A stretch of DNA of 64,000 bases, the filler included, from Stramenopiles sp. TOSAG23-6 (Eukaryota), in assembly GCA_900128565.1 (NCBI GenBank). It is 5 parts of 5 records of this genome, joined end to end, with 100 filler letters (N's around TTAATTAATTAA, not from the genome) between each part and the next. Parts side by side here need not be neighbours in the genome. Positions count along the whole stretch, not along the records: positions 39,501 to 52,539 come from LT636178.1; positions 52,640 to 64,000 come from LT636265.1; 3 more parts are not named here. One strand, written 5' to 3'. Under the pieces are notes generated by a model. That model was not told where the DNA came from. It ran no database searches and worked only from the letters and a program-made list of their open reading frames with translations. Within the stretch, counting starts at the first letter, position 1. Each line of letters starts with the position of its first letter. Positions 47,686 to 58,300 of this stretch are shown piece after piece. The position numbers were made by a program, and so were the translations under genes.

Positions 47686-48306
47686 TTACCAGCAATCGTC
47701 AGCAGCTTTTGGAGGAGGTGCAAAGCACTCTGTCTCTTCTTCTGGTTCATCATCACCGCCATCAGGGGAAGGCCCATTTGTATACAGTTCAGTGCCTTTG
47801 ATTACGTTAACAAGTTGCTCTTCAAAGCGACTCTCGGAATATTTGTAAGCTTTACTGAATTTGCAACGCCATACAATAACACCGTTCTTGTCGACAATGA
47901 TAGCCTGTGGTACTTTGAGGGTCTCAAGGTCAGCCAGTTCCATGAGGGACTTCTTGAACTTTGAGTCTTCATCAAAAGCGAGCGGAAGTTCACACGCAAG
48001 AGCCTTCTTTTCGATGAAACGTTTTACATCTTTCATAGCTGGATCAATAGAAACGCATACAGCTTGGAGGTCATCGCTGTGAGACTTGCACATATTTTCA
48101 ACGCCAGTCATAGACTCGAAGCAGTTATCCTTGAGGAATTTAGCCCAAAAGACGAGAACAGTATTCTTATCAGAGTCAAGGGTGACTTTCTCGCCCTGAG
48201 CATACTGAAGACTATCGAGAGAAGGACATTTCTTTCCAATAAGGCAGTCCCCTTCGTAAGTAATATACTCGTTGTAGTCGGTCGCAGATTCCCAAGATTT
48301 AGACAT
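47686..48306 (-). CDS. Redoxin/thioredoxin-fold protein lacking CxxC
   Basis: VLVFWAKF, VSID, PLAFD, VPQAIIVDKNGVIVWR. Confidence 0.7.
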   Translation of the reverse strand: MSKSWESATDYNEYITYEGDCLIGKKCPSLDSLQYAQGEKVTLDSDKNTVLVFWAKFLKDNCFESMTGVENMCKSHSDDLQAVCVSIDPAMKDVKRFIEKKALACELPLAFDEDSKFKKSLMELADLETLKVPQAIIVDKNGVIVWRCKFSKAYKYSESRFEEQLVNVIKGTELYTNGPSPDGGDDEPEEETECFAPPPKAADDCW

Positions 48307-48529
48307 TATTATAGAATTTAGTTGTAATAAGAAAAACAGACTGTGTGTGTGTGAGTGTCTCGCGGTGGAAGCTACCATAACCAGTAGTAGCACTTTTTTC
48401 GAACTGAATCTTTTGTTGGCCTAGGGTTAGGGTTTCAAATTTTGACATCTTCTTGGCATCTTCTTGCTTCTCTCTTTTGTGTTTACTTCTAAAGAATATG
48501 TTTAGAAAGTTAAACGTTTAGGAAAAAAC

Positions 48530-50048
48530 ATGAGTAATATAGATTATACCGACGACATTTTCAAATTAACTAAGGATCGCATACATCAGAAATTATCGCC
48601 AAATGGGCCACTTTCTACTTGGGAGAAAACAGGTCCATTTTGTTTCGTTCAGTTGGCTGACACTCAATTTGGTATGCTAGAGCAAACATTTGATGGTCAG
48701 TGGCTCCGAAAATACCGCAAACTAATTAGTATTTTGACTTTAGGGTATATTGATGGAAGGAAAGTAATTCCAGTTCCAGAATTAATTCATGAAAAAGCTC
48801 GATCTGAACTATTTGAAATGGAGAAAATATTTAGCGAACAAGCTGTTGAAGCCGTGAATGCAATTTTTCCACGTATTTTAATTTCATTACAAATAGACAA
48901 TGAACAATATAGATTTAGCCTTTAGGTACAAAATTTTGGTAGAGAATAGAATTATAATTTCATTTTTTTTATTATTTAGATATATTATACATGATATGCC
49001 CTGCTTTTGTCATAGTTTGTGGAGACTTGGTCAATGCTATGCCCCATAAAGAACCTACGTATGTTTTATTTTTTTTTCAATTACGAATTTATTTTTTCAT
49101 AGGAAATTTTGTACCTAACAATTTTTTTAGATTTTTTTTGAAATATTTTTCCACGATACACTCGACATATGGCTCAAGTAAAAACATTCAAAAAGATATT
49201 TAGTAAAGTTCATCCAGATATTGCATTAGTCTGCTGCTGTGGAAACCATGATGTTGGAAATAGACCAACACCAAAAACAATAAAAACATGGAGCAATAAT
49301 TTTGGTTCAGATTATTTTAGCTTCATTGTTGGAGGTGTAAAATGTATTGTATTGAATAGCCAATTATATAAAGATCCATCATCTGCTCTAGATCTTGCTG
49401 CAGAACAAGACACATGGCTCGACTCAGAACTTGCACATACGCATTTGAGTAGGGATAACTCTCAGAAATCACGAATTATAGTTTTTAGTCACCATCCTCC
49501 TTTTATCAACGATCCTTATGAAAATGATGAATATTTCCCATTGGATCGCATTACAAGGCTTCGCCTTTTACATAAGTTATGCCGTGCTGGAGCTACACAC
49601 TGGTTTTCGGGTCACTATCACCGTAATGGTATGTTTTTATAGTGTGAAAAATTTAGTACAATATTTTATATAATACAAATTAAAGTTATTCATTTTTAGC
49701 TTTTGTTAACTTTCTATTGTATACAAAAACGCAGGTGGGATTTATTATGAAACTAAATGTGGAGAATCTAATAGGAGTAAAAAGACAGTAGAAACAACAC
49801 CAAATCGTACTCCAAAGACATTAGAAGTATGTGTAACTGCTGCAGTTGGTGCTAATATTATTTCGGATTCATCCGGAGATATTCTTGGATTATCTGGAAT
49901 GAAAGCTCTTGTAGCCGACACGAAAACATCTGGAATTCGTGTTGTAAAAGTTCACGAAAAAACAATTTCACATAAATATTATAGCCTATTCGAATGTTCT
50001 AAGAAGATAAATGAAGCTAATGATGGAATTTGGCAAATTAATTTATGA
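48530..50048 (+). CDS. CPPED1: Calcineurin-like metallophosphoesterase (CPPED1-like), 4 exons
   Basis: LADTQFG, CGDL, GNHD, HHP, GHYHRN, SGIRVVKV. Confidence 0.85.
48873..48997 (+). other. Intron containing an inverted element core; 3' end 48979 (AG) or 48997 (AT)
   Basis: Starts GTATTTT; contains TTAGGTACAAAATTTT. Confidence 0.5.
49059..49161 (+). mobile_element. Introner-like intron, GT...AC, AC repeated
   Basis: HKEPT|RHMAQV in frame. Confidence 0.8.
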
Positions 50049-50125
50049 AAACGTATATACAAATATAACTAATAGTTTATAACAAATTATTGTAGCATTC
50101 TCTCATAATCTGATTTTGATTTTTG

Positions 50126-52531
50126 TTATTGAGATGTAGACATATCACTAGCTTCGAAAGTATTATGATGTTCCATATCCACATCACTTGTATTACTGTT
50201 TACATTAGTAACATCTCTCGATTGGCTTCGAATACTGAAATTATGTACTTCATCTGAGTTCTTAGATTTGCCTTCAACCAAAGAATTTTTTTGTTGTTTT
50301 TGTTGACTTTTTTTGTTTTTCAAAAGTTCTTTTGTAGAATAATCTGCTTTCTTTTGTTCAAAATTTCGAGAATTATGAAGAGCTCCCATTAATCCAGCAG
50401 GATTTGGAGAAGGCATTTTTTGTATCGATGAAACAAAACTCATTCCATCATCAGTTCCATCAGCAACACTACTTAAAGTACTAGCACGACTGTCACGCAC
50501 ACTACTACCATCGTAAATGCTACTACTACCAATACTATTTCCTGTATTACGTCTGCTACGAACTCGTAATCGTTCCAATTGTCGCAGTACAGGACGTGGC
50601 GAATATTCTGCAGTGCTAGGATTAGTCACAGAATCACTTTTATTACGAGTTATATTTCCTATATTACTCTTAGAAGTTTGTTTAGGTGAATGGAATGTCT
50701 TTACTGGCGAATGTATTGAAGACCAAATACTTTTGAGTTCAATTTTGAGTTGTTTTGCAATTGATGATGTCACTGATTTCTGAAGTACCACGTGATCATC
50801 TCCTTCAGATCGAAATCCTACAACCTCAAGAAGAGCTCGACCTTGAGGGCGACTTAAAAGTTTTCGGCGAAGAGTGCTTGAAGCAAGAGAGAGTCGTCGA
50901 TATTTTCTTATACTAGGCTTCGCAATGACCCGATCCATTATTCGACACAATAAAGCAGTAGCACCTTCCACAACTGTTGATGGGTTTGAAGCACAAAACT
51001 CATTAATAACAGATTTAATAGCAACTTTTTGTCTAGAATATACTGCTACTTCTTCTACAGTCATCCCAGTGATGTTTCCAACTGACACTTTTTTTTTGTT
51101 CAAATCCTACATTTGTATTTGATACACAAGAATTTGTCAACGAAGATTCTCTAGTATGATCACCGACGCGTGTCTCATAGAGAGATCTAGAAGATGCAGG
51201 ACGATTTGTTTTGTTTGATTTATTTAATGTTGTATTTGACGAAGATTCCAACATTGATGTATTCTAAAAACATATTTCAGAAATATGATTTTTTTTGTTA
51301 GGTATAAAATTTTGTGGAAAAACAAATTAAATTCATTAGGGTTAGGATTAGGGTTAGGGTGAAAACATACATGATCCTAATACTTCACTATGAGCTGTAA
51401 AGGGTCTTTTGTACTTACGATCTGAACGACTTTTCGAATTGGACATAGAACCAGATCCAATTATATTACCATTATTACGGGTTTCAATATCATCAAGTTC
51501 TTCCGATAATTCGCTTCCAGTCTCTTCAATAGCTCGTTCTTCAATATTACCGATTTTTCTGTTCTTTCTCATTCCACCACGACCACCACGACCTCCTCTT
51601 CCACCTCTGCCACCTCGACCAAATTGAACTATATTGTGAAAAATAATTTTTTTTTGTTGAATTTGTTAGGTACGAAATTTCGTACCAAAAAAAAATAATT
51701 TTGAAATTGAAAAAAATAAAACATACCAATGTTTCCTCTTGTGTTAAAATTACTGTGAGATCCAGAAATTCTATCATTCTTTTCAGTGAAATCATTCGAA
51801 TTATTATTAACTTCCTCATCATCATCTTCCTCGAAATCATCACTATTATATTCAAAGTTGGAGTTTTCCGGGGTATTCGATTCAAAAATATTAGTTTTAT
51901 TCTCTACATCTTTAGAATTTGAAACATGAATATTTTGTATTAATTGAATATTATCGGAACTACGACCTCTTAATACATTTTCCACATCTCGCGCTGCTTT
52001 AGTTAAACTATTACGAGACACGTCCAAGTCAGCAAAACCTTCTTTAGTTAAACTATTACGAGACACATCCATGTCACGAAAGTCTTCTTTATCATACATA
52101 TTTGACACGTTTGTTGTATTTCCTATGAGTGAGGAAATTTGAGATTCTTGGCTAATTTCATTTGTTGCTCTCTGCTGATGATGCTTACTCCTTCTCTTTG
52201 ATTCAAATGCAATAGATGAAACATTATTTCTTTCATCATCTGTCTGACTCGATTCACTATGACTGTCGTGTCCACCACTGACATTATCAAACTTATCATT
52301 TATTGCAAATTTACCTCTTTGAAGTGACGCCTTTCCAGTAACTTTTTTTCTAAATGGATTACCTGGAGAACTTCGTGCAGCAGCTGCTAAAACAGATTTT
52401 GATAATCGACCACCAATACTGTCATTTTGATTGAGTCGTCTGTTCCAAGTTAAATCATCGGGGATATTAATTCCAGTTAAGTTACTGTTACTCAGAAATC
52501 CTGTGGCATCATCAGAATGTAAGCCATTTGT
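50126..52531 (-). CDS. PUB-domain low-complexity protein, 5' truncated; probable homopolymer frameshift near 51090
   Basis: DRVIAKPSIRKYRRL...GRALLEVVGF; RGG repeat. Confidence 0.65.
51257..51370 (-). mobile_element. Introner-like intron, GT...AT, containing telomere-type repeats
   Basis: VLGSS|MLES in frame; about four CCCTAA units inside. Confidence 0.75.
51629..51726 (-). mobile_element. Introner-like intron, GT...AG
   Basis: GNIV|QFGRGG; perfect palindrome GGTACGAAATTTCGTACC. Confidence 0.85.
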
Positions 52532-52539
52532 ATGTATTG

Positions 52540-52639
52540 NNNNNNNNNNNNNNNNNNNNNNNNNNNNNNNNNNNNNNNNNNNNTTAATTAATTAANNNNN
52601 NNNNNNNNNNNNNNNNNNNNNNNNNNNNNNNNNNNNNNN
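52540..52639. other. Artificial contig linker
   Basis: N-run with TTAATTAATTAA. Confidence 0.95.
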
Positions 52640-52640
52640 A

Positions 52641-52967
52641 TGAATCCAGCGGTTACTGGAGTGACAAACAGGAAAGCCAAGATGCGATTGAAGTTTTTCT
52701 TGAAAAATCAAAAGTACAAAAAGGAGACTTAGTTTTCCGTTTTCTTTTAATTGTTGCAGATGGAATTGGGGAGCTTGGAGTTGAGGTATTCTTTACTGCG
52801 AGAAAGGTTGCTGAAAAATAAAACATTGATTGATTTACAATAATTATTAGTTTATTTTCATCAACAACATTTTTTTTTCAGATTACTTTCACCGACATCA
52901 CCAGTTAAAGAAACATTTTTGTCCCCAGTATACATTTGACACTTACTTTTTTCTGCAATTGCTTCCA
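52641..52967. repeat. Diverged duplicate of about 53687-54006 (3' ends of two convergent genes)
   Basis: Shared gacaaacaggaaagccaagatgcg and ...[13 protein letters not shown] tail. Confidence 0.85.
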
Positions 52968-53137
52968 GTAGTAAGCAGCTTAAGTAGTTATCAAACAACA
53001 AACTGTAGCAACAGTTATACGTTAATAAATTACAAAAAATGTCAAAAAATGTCAACGGTCAGCATACAAAATCGAAAATTTCCGGATTGACTTGAATCCG
53101 TCTTACGAACCAATCAATATTTCATACAGGTCTAACA

Positions 53138-53869
53138 ATGAAATTGGAAACAGATGGTTCAACATTGTTTGCGGAGTTGGTTCGTTTGGATCCAGAAGTA
53201 AAGCAAGATATGTACTTGGATGAACATGGTTGGTCGGTGAAAGACTTGCAGGAAGATATTGCGCTGACAAAACGATGGAAGAAAATCACAGCAACCTTTG
53301 GTTTTCCCAAAACAAAATCAACTTGGAGGGTTTTAAGTTGGTCATTTTGGAGTGAAATTCCTGAAGATTTGATTAGTGAAAAGACATTTACTTCATTTGA
53401 AGAAGCTGGTCCAATCTTGACGGCCAATGTGAATCCTTCCACCAATGAATTTGGTATAGATTTAAAGGACCCAACAGATGCCTTCTGTACTATGAAAACA
53501 ACAGCTGCTTGTAATAATTCAGCAAATTTGAGTCCAATAAAAGGTAATATGATCACATTTTGTGAAGGTTGGTGGTGTTTAGATAAGGATATTGAATTTC
53601 ATGAAGAAGATCACCACAATGATGATGCTAACATCGAGTGGTTCCAACATTGTGGAGATTTTGAAGAGCTGATCAAGAGAGTAGTTGAATCCTGCGAATT
53701 TCTCTGGAAAGACAAACAGGAAAGCCAAGATGCGATTAAAGCTTTTCTTGAAAAATCAAAAGTTCAAAAAGGAGACTTAGTTTTCCGTTTTCTTTTAATT
53801 GAGGGAGATGGAAGGGGAGGGTTTGGAGTTGAGTTATTCTTTACTGCGAGAAAGGTTGCTGAAAAATAA
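53138..53869 (+). CDS. Hypothetical acidic protein
   Basis: 243-aa ORF with a paralogous 3' end at 52641-52821. Confidence 0.7.
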   Translation: MKLETDGSTLFAELVRLDPEVKQDMYLDEHGWSVKDLQEDIALTKRWKKITATFGFPKTKSTWRVLSWSFWSEIPEDLISEKTFTSFEEAGPILTANVNPSTNEFGIDLKDPTDAFCTMKTTAACNNSANLSPIKGNMITFCEGWWCLDKDIEFHEEDHHNDDANIEWFQHCGDFEELIKRVVESCEFLWKDKQESQDAIKAFLEKSKVQKGDLVFRFLLIEGDGRGGFGVELFFTARKVAEK

Positions 53870-53898
53870 ATCATAAAACAATTATTAATTTATTTTCA

Positions 53899-54976
53899 TC
53901 AACAACATTTTTTTTTCAGATTACTTTCACCGACATCACCAGTTAAAGAAACCTTTTTGTCCCCAGTATACATTTGATACTTACTTTTTTCTGCAAGTGC
54001 TTCCATTTCCAAATTCTTCAAAGAAAGTTCTGCCATTTTGAGAAATGCTTCCTCAATGCCAATGCCTGACTTCGCACTGGTTGCAAAGAACGGAATATTA
54101 GAACTTTCAGCCAGTGCCCGACCTTCTTCTATATCACATTTGCTATTAGGAATGTCACATTTGTTCGCCAGGAGTACTTGTACAACATTAATTGGAGCAT
54201 TTTTCGTTATTTGCTTCATCCAAGATCTGATGTTTGAAAAAGATTTTTAATTATCTAAACTATAAACCATGAATGTATATTGAAAAATATTTTTTTTGTA
54301 ATAAAATTCGTTAGGTACAAAATTTACTATGAAAAAATAAATTTAAAATTCATGATGAAAACGTACATATCCCCTGAGCACCTCGGTAATACGCTGTACA
54401 AACTACATGGTGTATATGAATGAAAGAAATAGAGATGATGAGAATATGTTTATACTATACCAATCAAAAGAAATTTATAAAGTGAACACAGTTGTAAAAC
54501 AAAATGTTAGTTACAAAATTTGGTACAAAAAAACGAAATTATTATTGCACTTACTTGTCTTAAATCTTTCTTGTCCTGCAGTATCCCACACTTGTAGCTT
54601 CAACACTTTGTCGCCAACAGTAACAGTTTTAATTTTAAAATCAATGCCAATTGTCGTAATAAAATTAGTGGTAAACTTTCCATCACAGTATCGGAGTAAA
54701 ACACAGCTAAAATATTACAAGATAACAACAATAATACACAAATTAGAGACACAATTGATACTTGCTGCTAACTTCGGAGACTGTTAGTATACTATACTAT
54801 AACATAATAGAAGAACACACACACAATGAAATAGGAGAAAAAACAAAAAATCGGGTAATCAACGTGGCAAAAAAAACAAGACTAACCTACCTTTTCCCTA
54901 CTCCAGAGTCTCCAATGAGCAAAAGCTTTACAAGATAATCAAATTTGCTTCTACTGTTCGAATTTTTCATAGTCAT
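53899..54976 (-). CDS. Rab8/Sec4-like small GTPase, 4 exons, in-frame TAA at 54247
   Basis: [42 protein letters not shown]-terminal CC; GT-AG introns 54707-54890 and 54403-54554. Confidence 0.88.
54273..54366 (-). mobile_element. Introner-like intron, GT...AT, AT repeated
   Basis: Restores [12 protein letters not shown]. Confidence 0.85.
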
Positions 54977-55348
54977 TCTAAATAAAAAAAACTTCGCAGA
55001 AGCAATGTAAAAACTAGCACAAAATAAAGATGTCTATAATTACGCAATTGTAATGTCTGTGATTACTCTTGGCAAATGTTGTATTTGGTTTGCGACTCTT
55101 TCTCGACTTATGAATACTATAGAGTCTATACTAGAGGCTGTCGCCATGTTCGTGGACCGTGGTGGTTGCCACAAAAAAGAAAAAAATAGCAAATAAATCA
55201 ATCGATCAAATGATTCAAAAAGAAGACACAAACAAACAAAAAATAATAAACCTTTTTGAGTGAGCCGTACGTTAACAACGGTTGAATCCGGTACTAGACT
55301 ACATGATTTGAAAAAAAATGTTTTTGTAGATATTAAAAATATGGAGGA

Positions 55349-58300
55349 ATGAGTCTCAGTGATAAAGCATGGGAAATCAGTGGACTGGTTATTGACTGCG
55401 ACAAGACATGTTTGTCCAATATCGAATGTCCAAAGTCTTTGACAACTTCCGAGGAACAACGTCTTTGGAACCTTGGTCTTTCTGCATTTTCAAAGACTTT
55501 ACCAGGATCGTCAAATAGTAAGATTTTTACTGACATATTGAATGATAATACTTCAGATGAACAATCTTATAAGGATAATCCTTCCAATGATAATAATATA
55601 GATAAACCGTATGGACCGGCAGATACCGTTGAAGATATCTCCGACGCTTTGAACGAAAGTAAATCCAGTGTCTTGAACATTGATGAAAATGGGAAAAACA
55701 ATAATACAGAGGAAAAAGTGAGAAGTAAAGATATCTCCGACGCTTTGAACGAAAGTAAATCCAGTGTCTTGAACATTGATGAAAACGGGGGAAACAATAA
55801 TAGAGAGGAAAAAGTGAGAAGTAAGACACCAATAGCAATAAATACAGAAGACAACGAACCATTATCTTCAACTCTACTAACAAAATCTTCTGAGTCAAAG
55901 TCATCGATACCCACAGGTAGAGCAATACAAAGAGCCGATATGGTTATGTACATTCATCAAAAATATACGTCGTCGAAACCCTATTTAAAAAAGTATAAAT
56001 ATCCTACGTGTCAATACGATGGACCAAAGAGCCCTACAAGAGTTATCGTTACACGAAATAAGGTTATCAATGAATTTATAAGTATGTGTGATAAACAGGG
56101 CATCCGTGTGGAATCTCTACTTCTCAGAAGATTACTCGGTGAAGTCGAATTCGTACCAACTGAGTACAAAAACTCAGATGAGACAAATAGAGTATCGAAT
56201 ATTGGATCAATGCCTTCTACAGTGAAAGAAGAATTCGACGAAAATGATGAAGGCTGGTGTATTGATGGTAGATTTTATGGGCAAATTCAAAGCGATTCAA
56301 GGACAGATGTTGCTAAAGATACAGCGAATATTAGGAAAAATGATATCTTCATACTTAATTTAGAAAATTTGAATATTGTAGGTTTTCATCATTACTTTCA
56401 AATTTATTGTTTTGTGCCAAATTGCAAACCTAACAAATTTCAAACTTCAAACATATTTTTTTATAATACTTGGATTTACTCGTGCAGCTGTCATAGGGTC
56501 TGTTTTAGCAGTTATGCCATCGCATTCATATACTACTTATTTTTTGCGAAATAATAGATTAGAGCTGACTGATGGAATACAAAAGTTTGGACCTCGAAAT
56601 AGCTCAGATACAGGTTTGTCGAGGATAATAACGAATTTACCAATAGGTGCAAAAATGATTGACGTGTCCTACAATACAATCGGTGTTCAAGGTACACGCT
56701 TAATTTGTAAACATCTTTCGAATACTCTAAAATCGTTGACGTCGCTAAACGTTGAAAATTGTGGACTAAGTGATAGTAATATTGGAGCTTTATTATTTGC
56801 ATTCGCTGGTCGTAAAGATGTTGGTAAAGATGGTGTATGCTGGGGTACTTCATCTGAATGTGAAAAGAACACCAAAACAAAATGTTTCCCATTACGGCAT
56901 TTATGTTTAGCTCAGAATTCTTTTGGTTCTGTATCTGCATCGGCTTTCTCATATTTTGTGAATACAAATGGGTGCAAACTTTCCAGCCTCGATCTTCGTA
57001 TCACGGGTCTCACAGCATACTTGTTTCATTTAGTAGTTATAGCTCTTATTGGTTCTAATGATGTTAAAGACACAAAAGATGAACGTTCAACTGATATTGA
57101 TGATATGATACAAAAAGACACAAAAGATGAACATACATCTGATTTTGATGGTACGATACAAAGTGCGAGAAAACGAAACATTCACCTGAAAGAGTTGAAA
57201 ATTGGTTGGAATCCAATAGGAAGTGTAAGTGCAAAAGTGTTTACAGAATCAAAATCAAACATCGACGAAAATAAGCCAAGCGGCGTGAAACAAAGTGAAG
57301 CAAAAGGTAAAGTAAAAATATCAAAAACAAAGAAAAAGAATACTAAGAAGAAAGCAAAGAAATTAAAAGGTAAAAAAAAGAAAGCAAAAGCCACAAAGGA
57401 AACTTTCAAATGTAGTAAACCAAAGATGTTACAAAAGACTGCTGGTATTGGAGCCCTCGCATTAGCGCGACTTCTCCGCTTTAAGCCATCGACTATTATT
57501 CACTTGGATGCCTCAGGGCTTCAATTTTCTTCACTAGAACTAGCGCTATTATCAAGTGCTCTTCAACAGAACAAAAAACTTTTGGGGCTACATTTTGATT
57601 TAGCTGAAAAGAGCAGCACCGAAAATGGGATGACATGTGTCGATTCCAAAGGATTCTTAAACGTGGCTTCATCAGAAAGTGCAAAGTACTTATGTAGATT
57701 AATGCTTCCTCCTGATGCACCGCCACATAGTACTATGAAAACTAGACGACGCAGATGTATGTCTCCAAGAGTAACAAAATTACAGAAAACTATACCAAAT
57801 ATTAGTTTGAAAGATATTACTATATGCACGGACTTTAATAAACCTCGCGGGTGCTTGAATCCTGAATGTAAATCATATCATATCTGTAGCGTGTGCTTTG
57901 GGGGACATCCACAGTACCGAGCAAATCAATGTAAAATGGGGCATCAAAAAGTGGATAACATTGATTTCGCAGGCGTTGGCTTTGGAAGACAATGTAAAAT
58001 TTGTCATGGATGGAAGGAACACACATTTGAATTTCGTCCAGGTATATCTCGATTTCGCGAATTACCACCTGGACCCCATGCTGATATTATGATACATTTA
58101 AGTATCGATGGCTGGCGGGGATGTTCTCTTAAAAAAAGTAATTCAGATGACGTCTTCCGTTTGAATCGTTTTTTACCGACAGACTGTAAATTAGAATATT
58201 TCTATTCTGCGTGGAAAGATAAAGAGGCGCATACTGCGTTTTTCTTTTGTGCAAGAGATCAGCCACGTGCAATATCTTTGAGGCCAGAACAAATTTGCGG

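Noticed and set aside
49629-49734. Third CPPED1 intron as non-canonical
   Set aside because: An in-frame GT-AG solution exists; a cut 3 nt earlier would keep NAGG, but this cannot be decided from DNA alone.
51085-51100. Programmed frameshift in the PUB-domain gene
   Set aside because: It falls in an A/T homopolymer, so an assembly error is simpler.
54247-54249. Stop-codon reassignment
   Set aside because: Single instance; very long ORFs read cleanly in the standard code and TAA terminates conserved genes.
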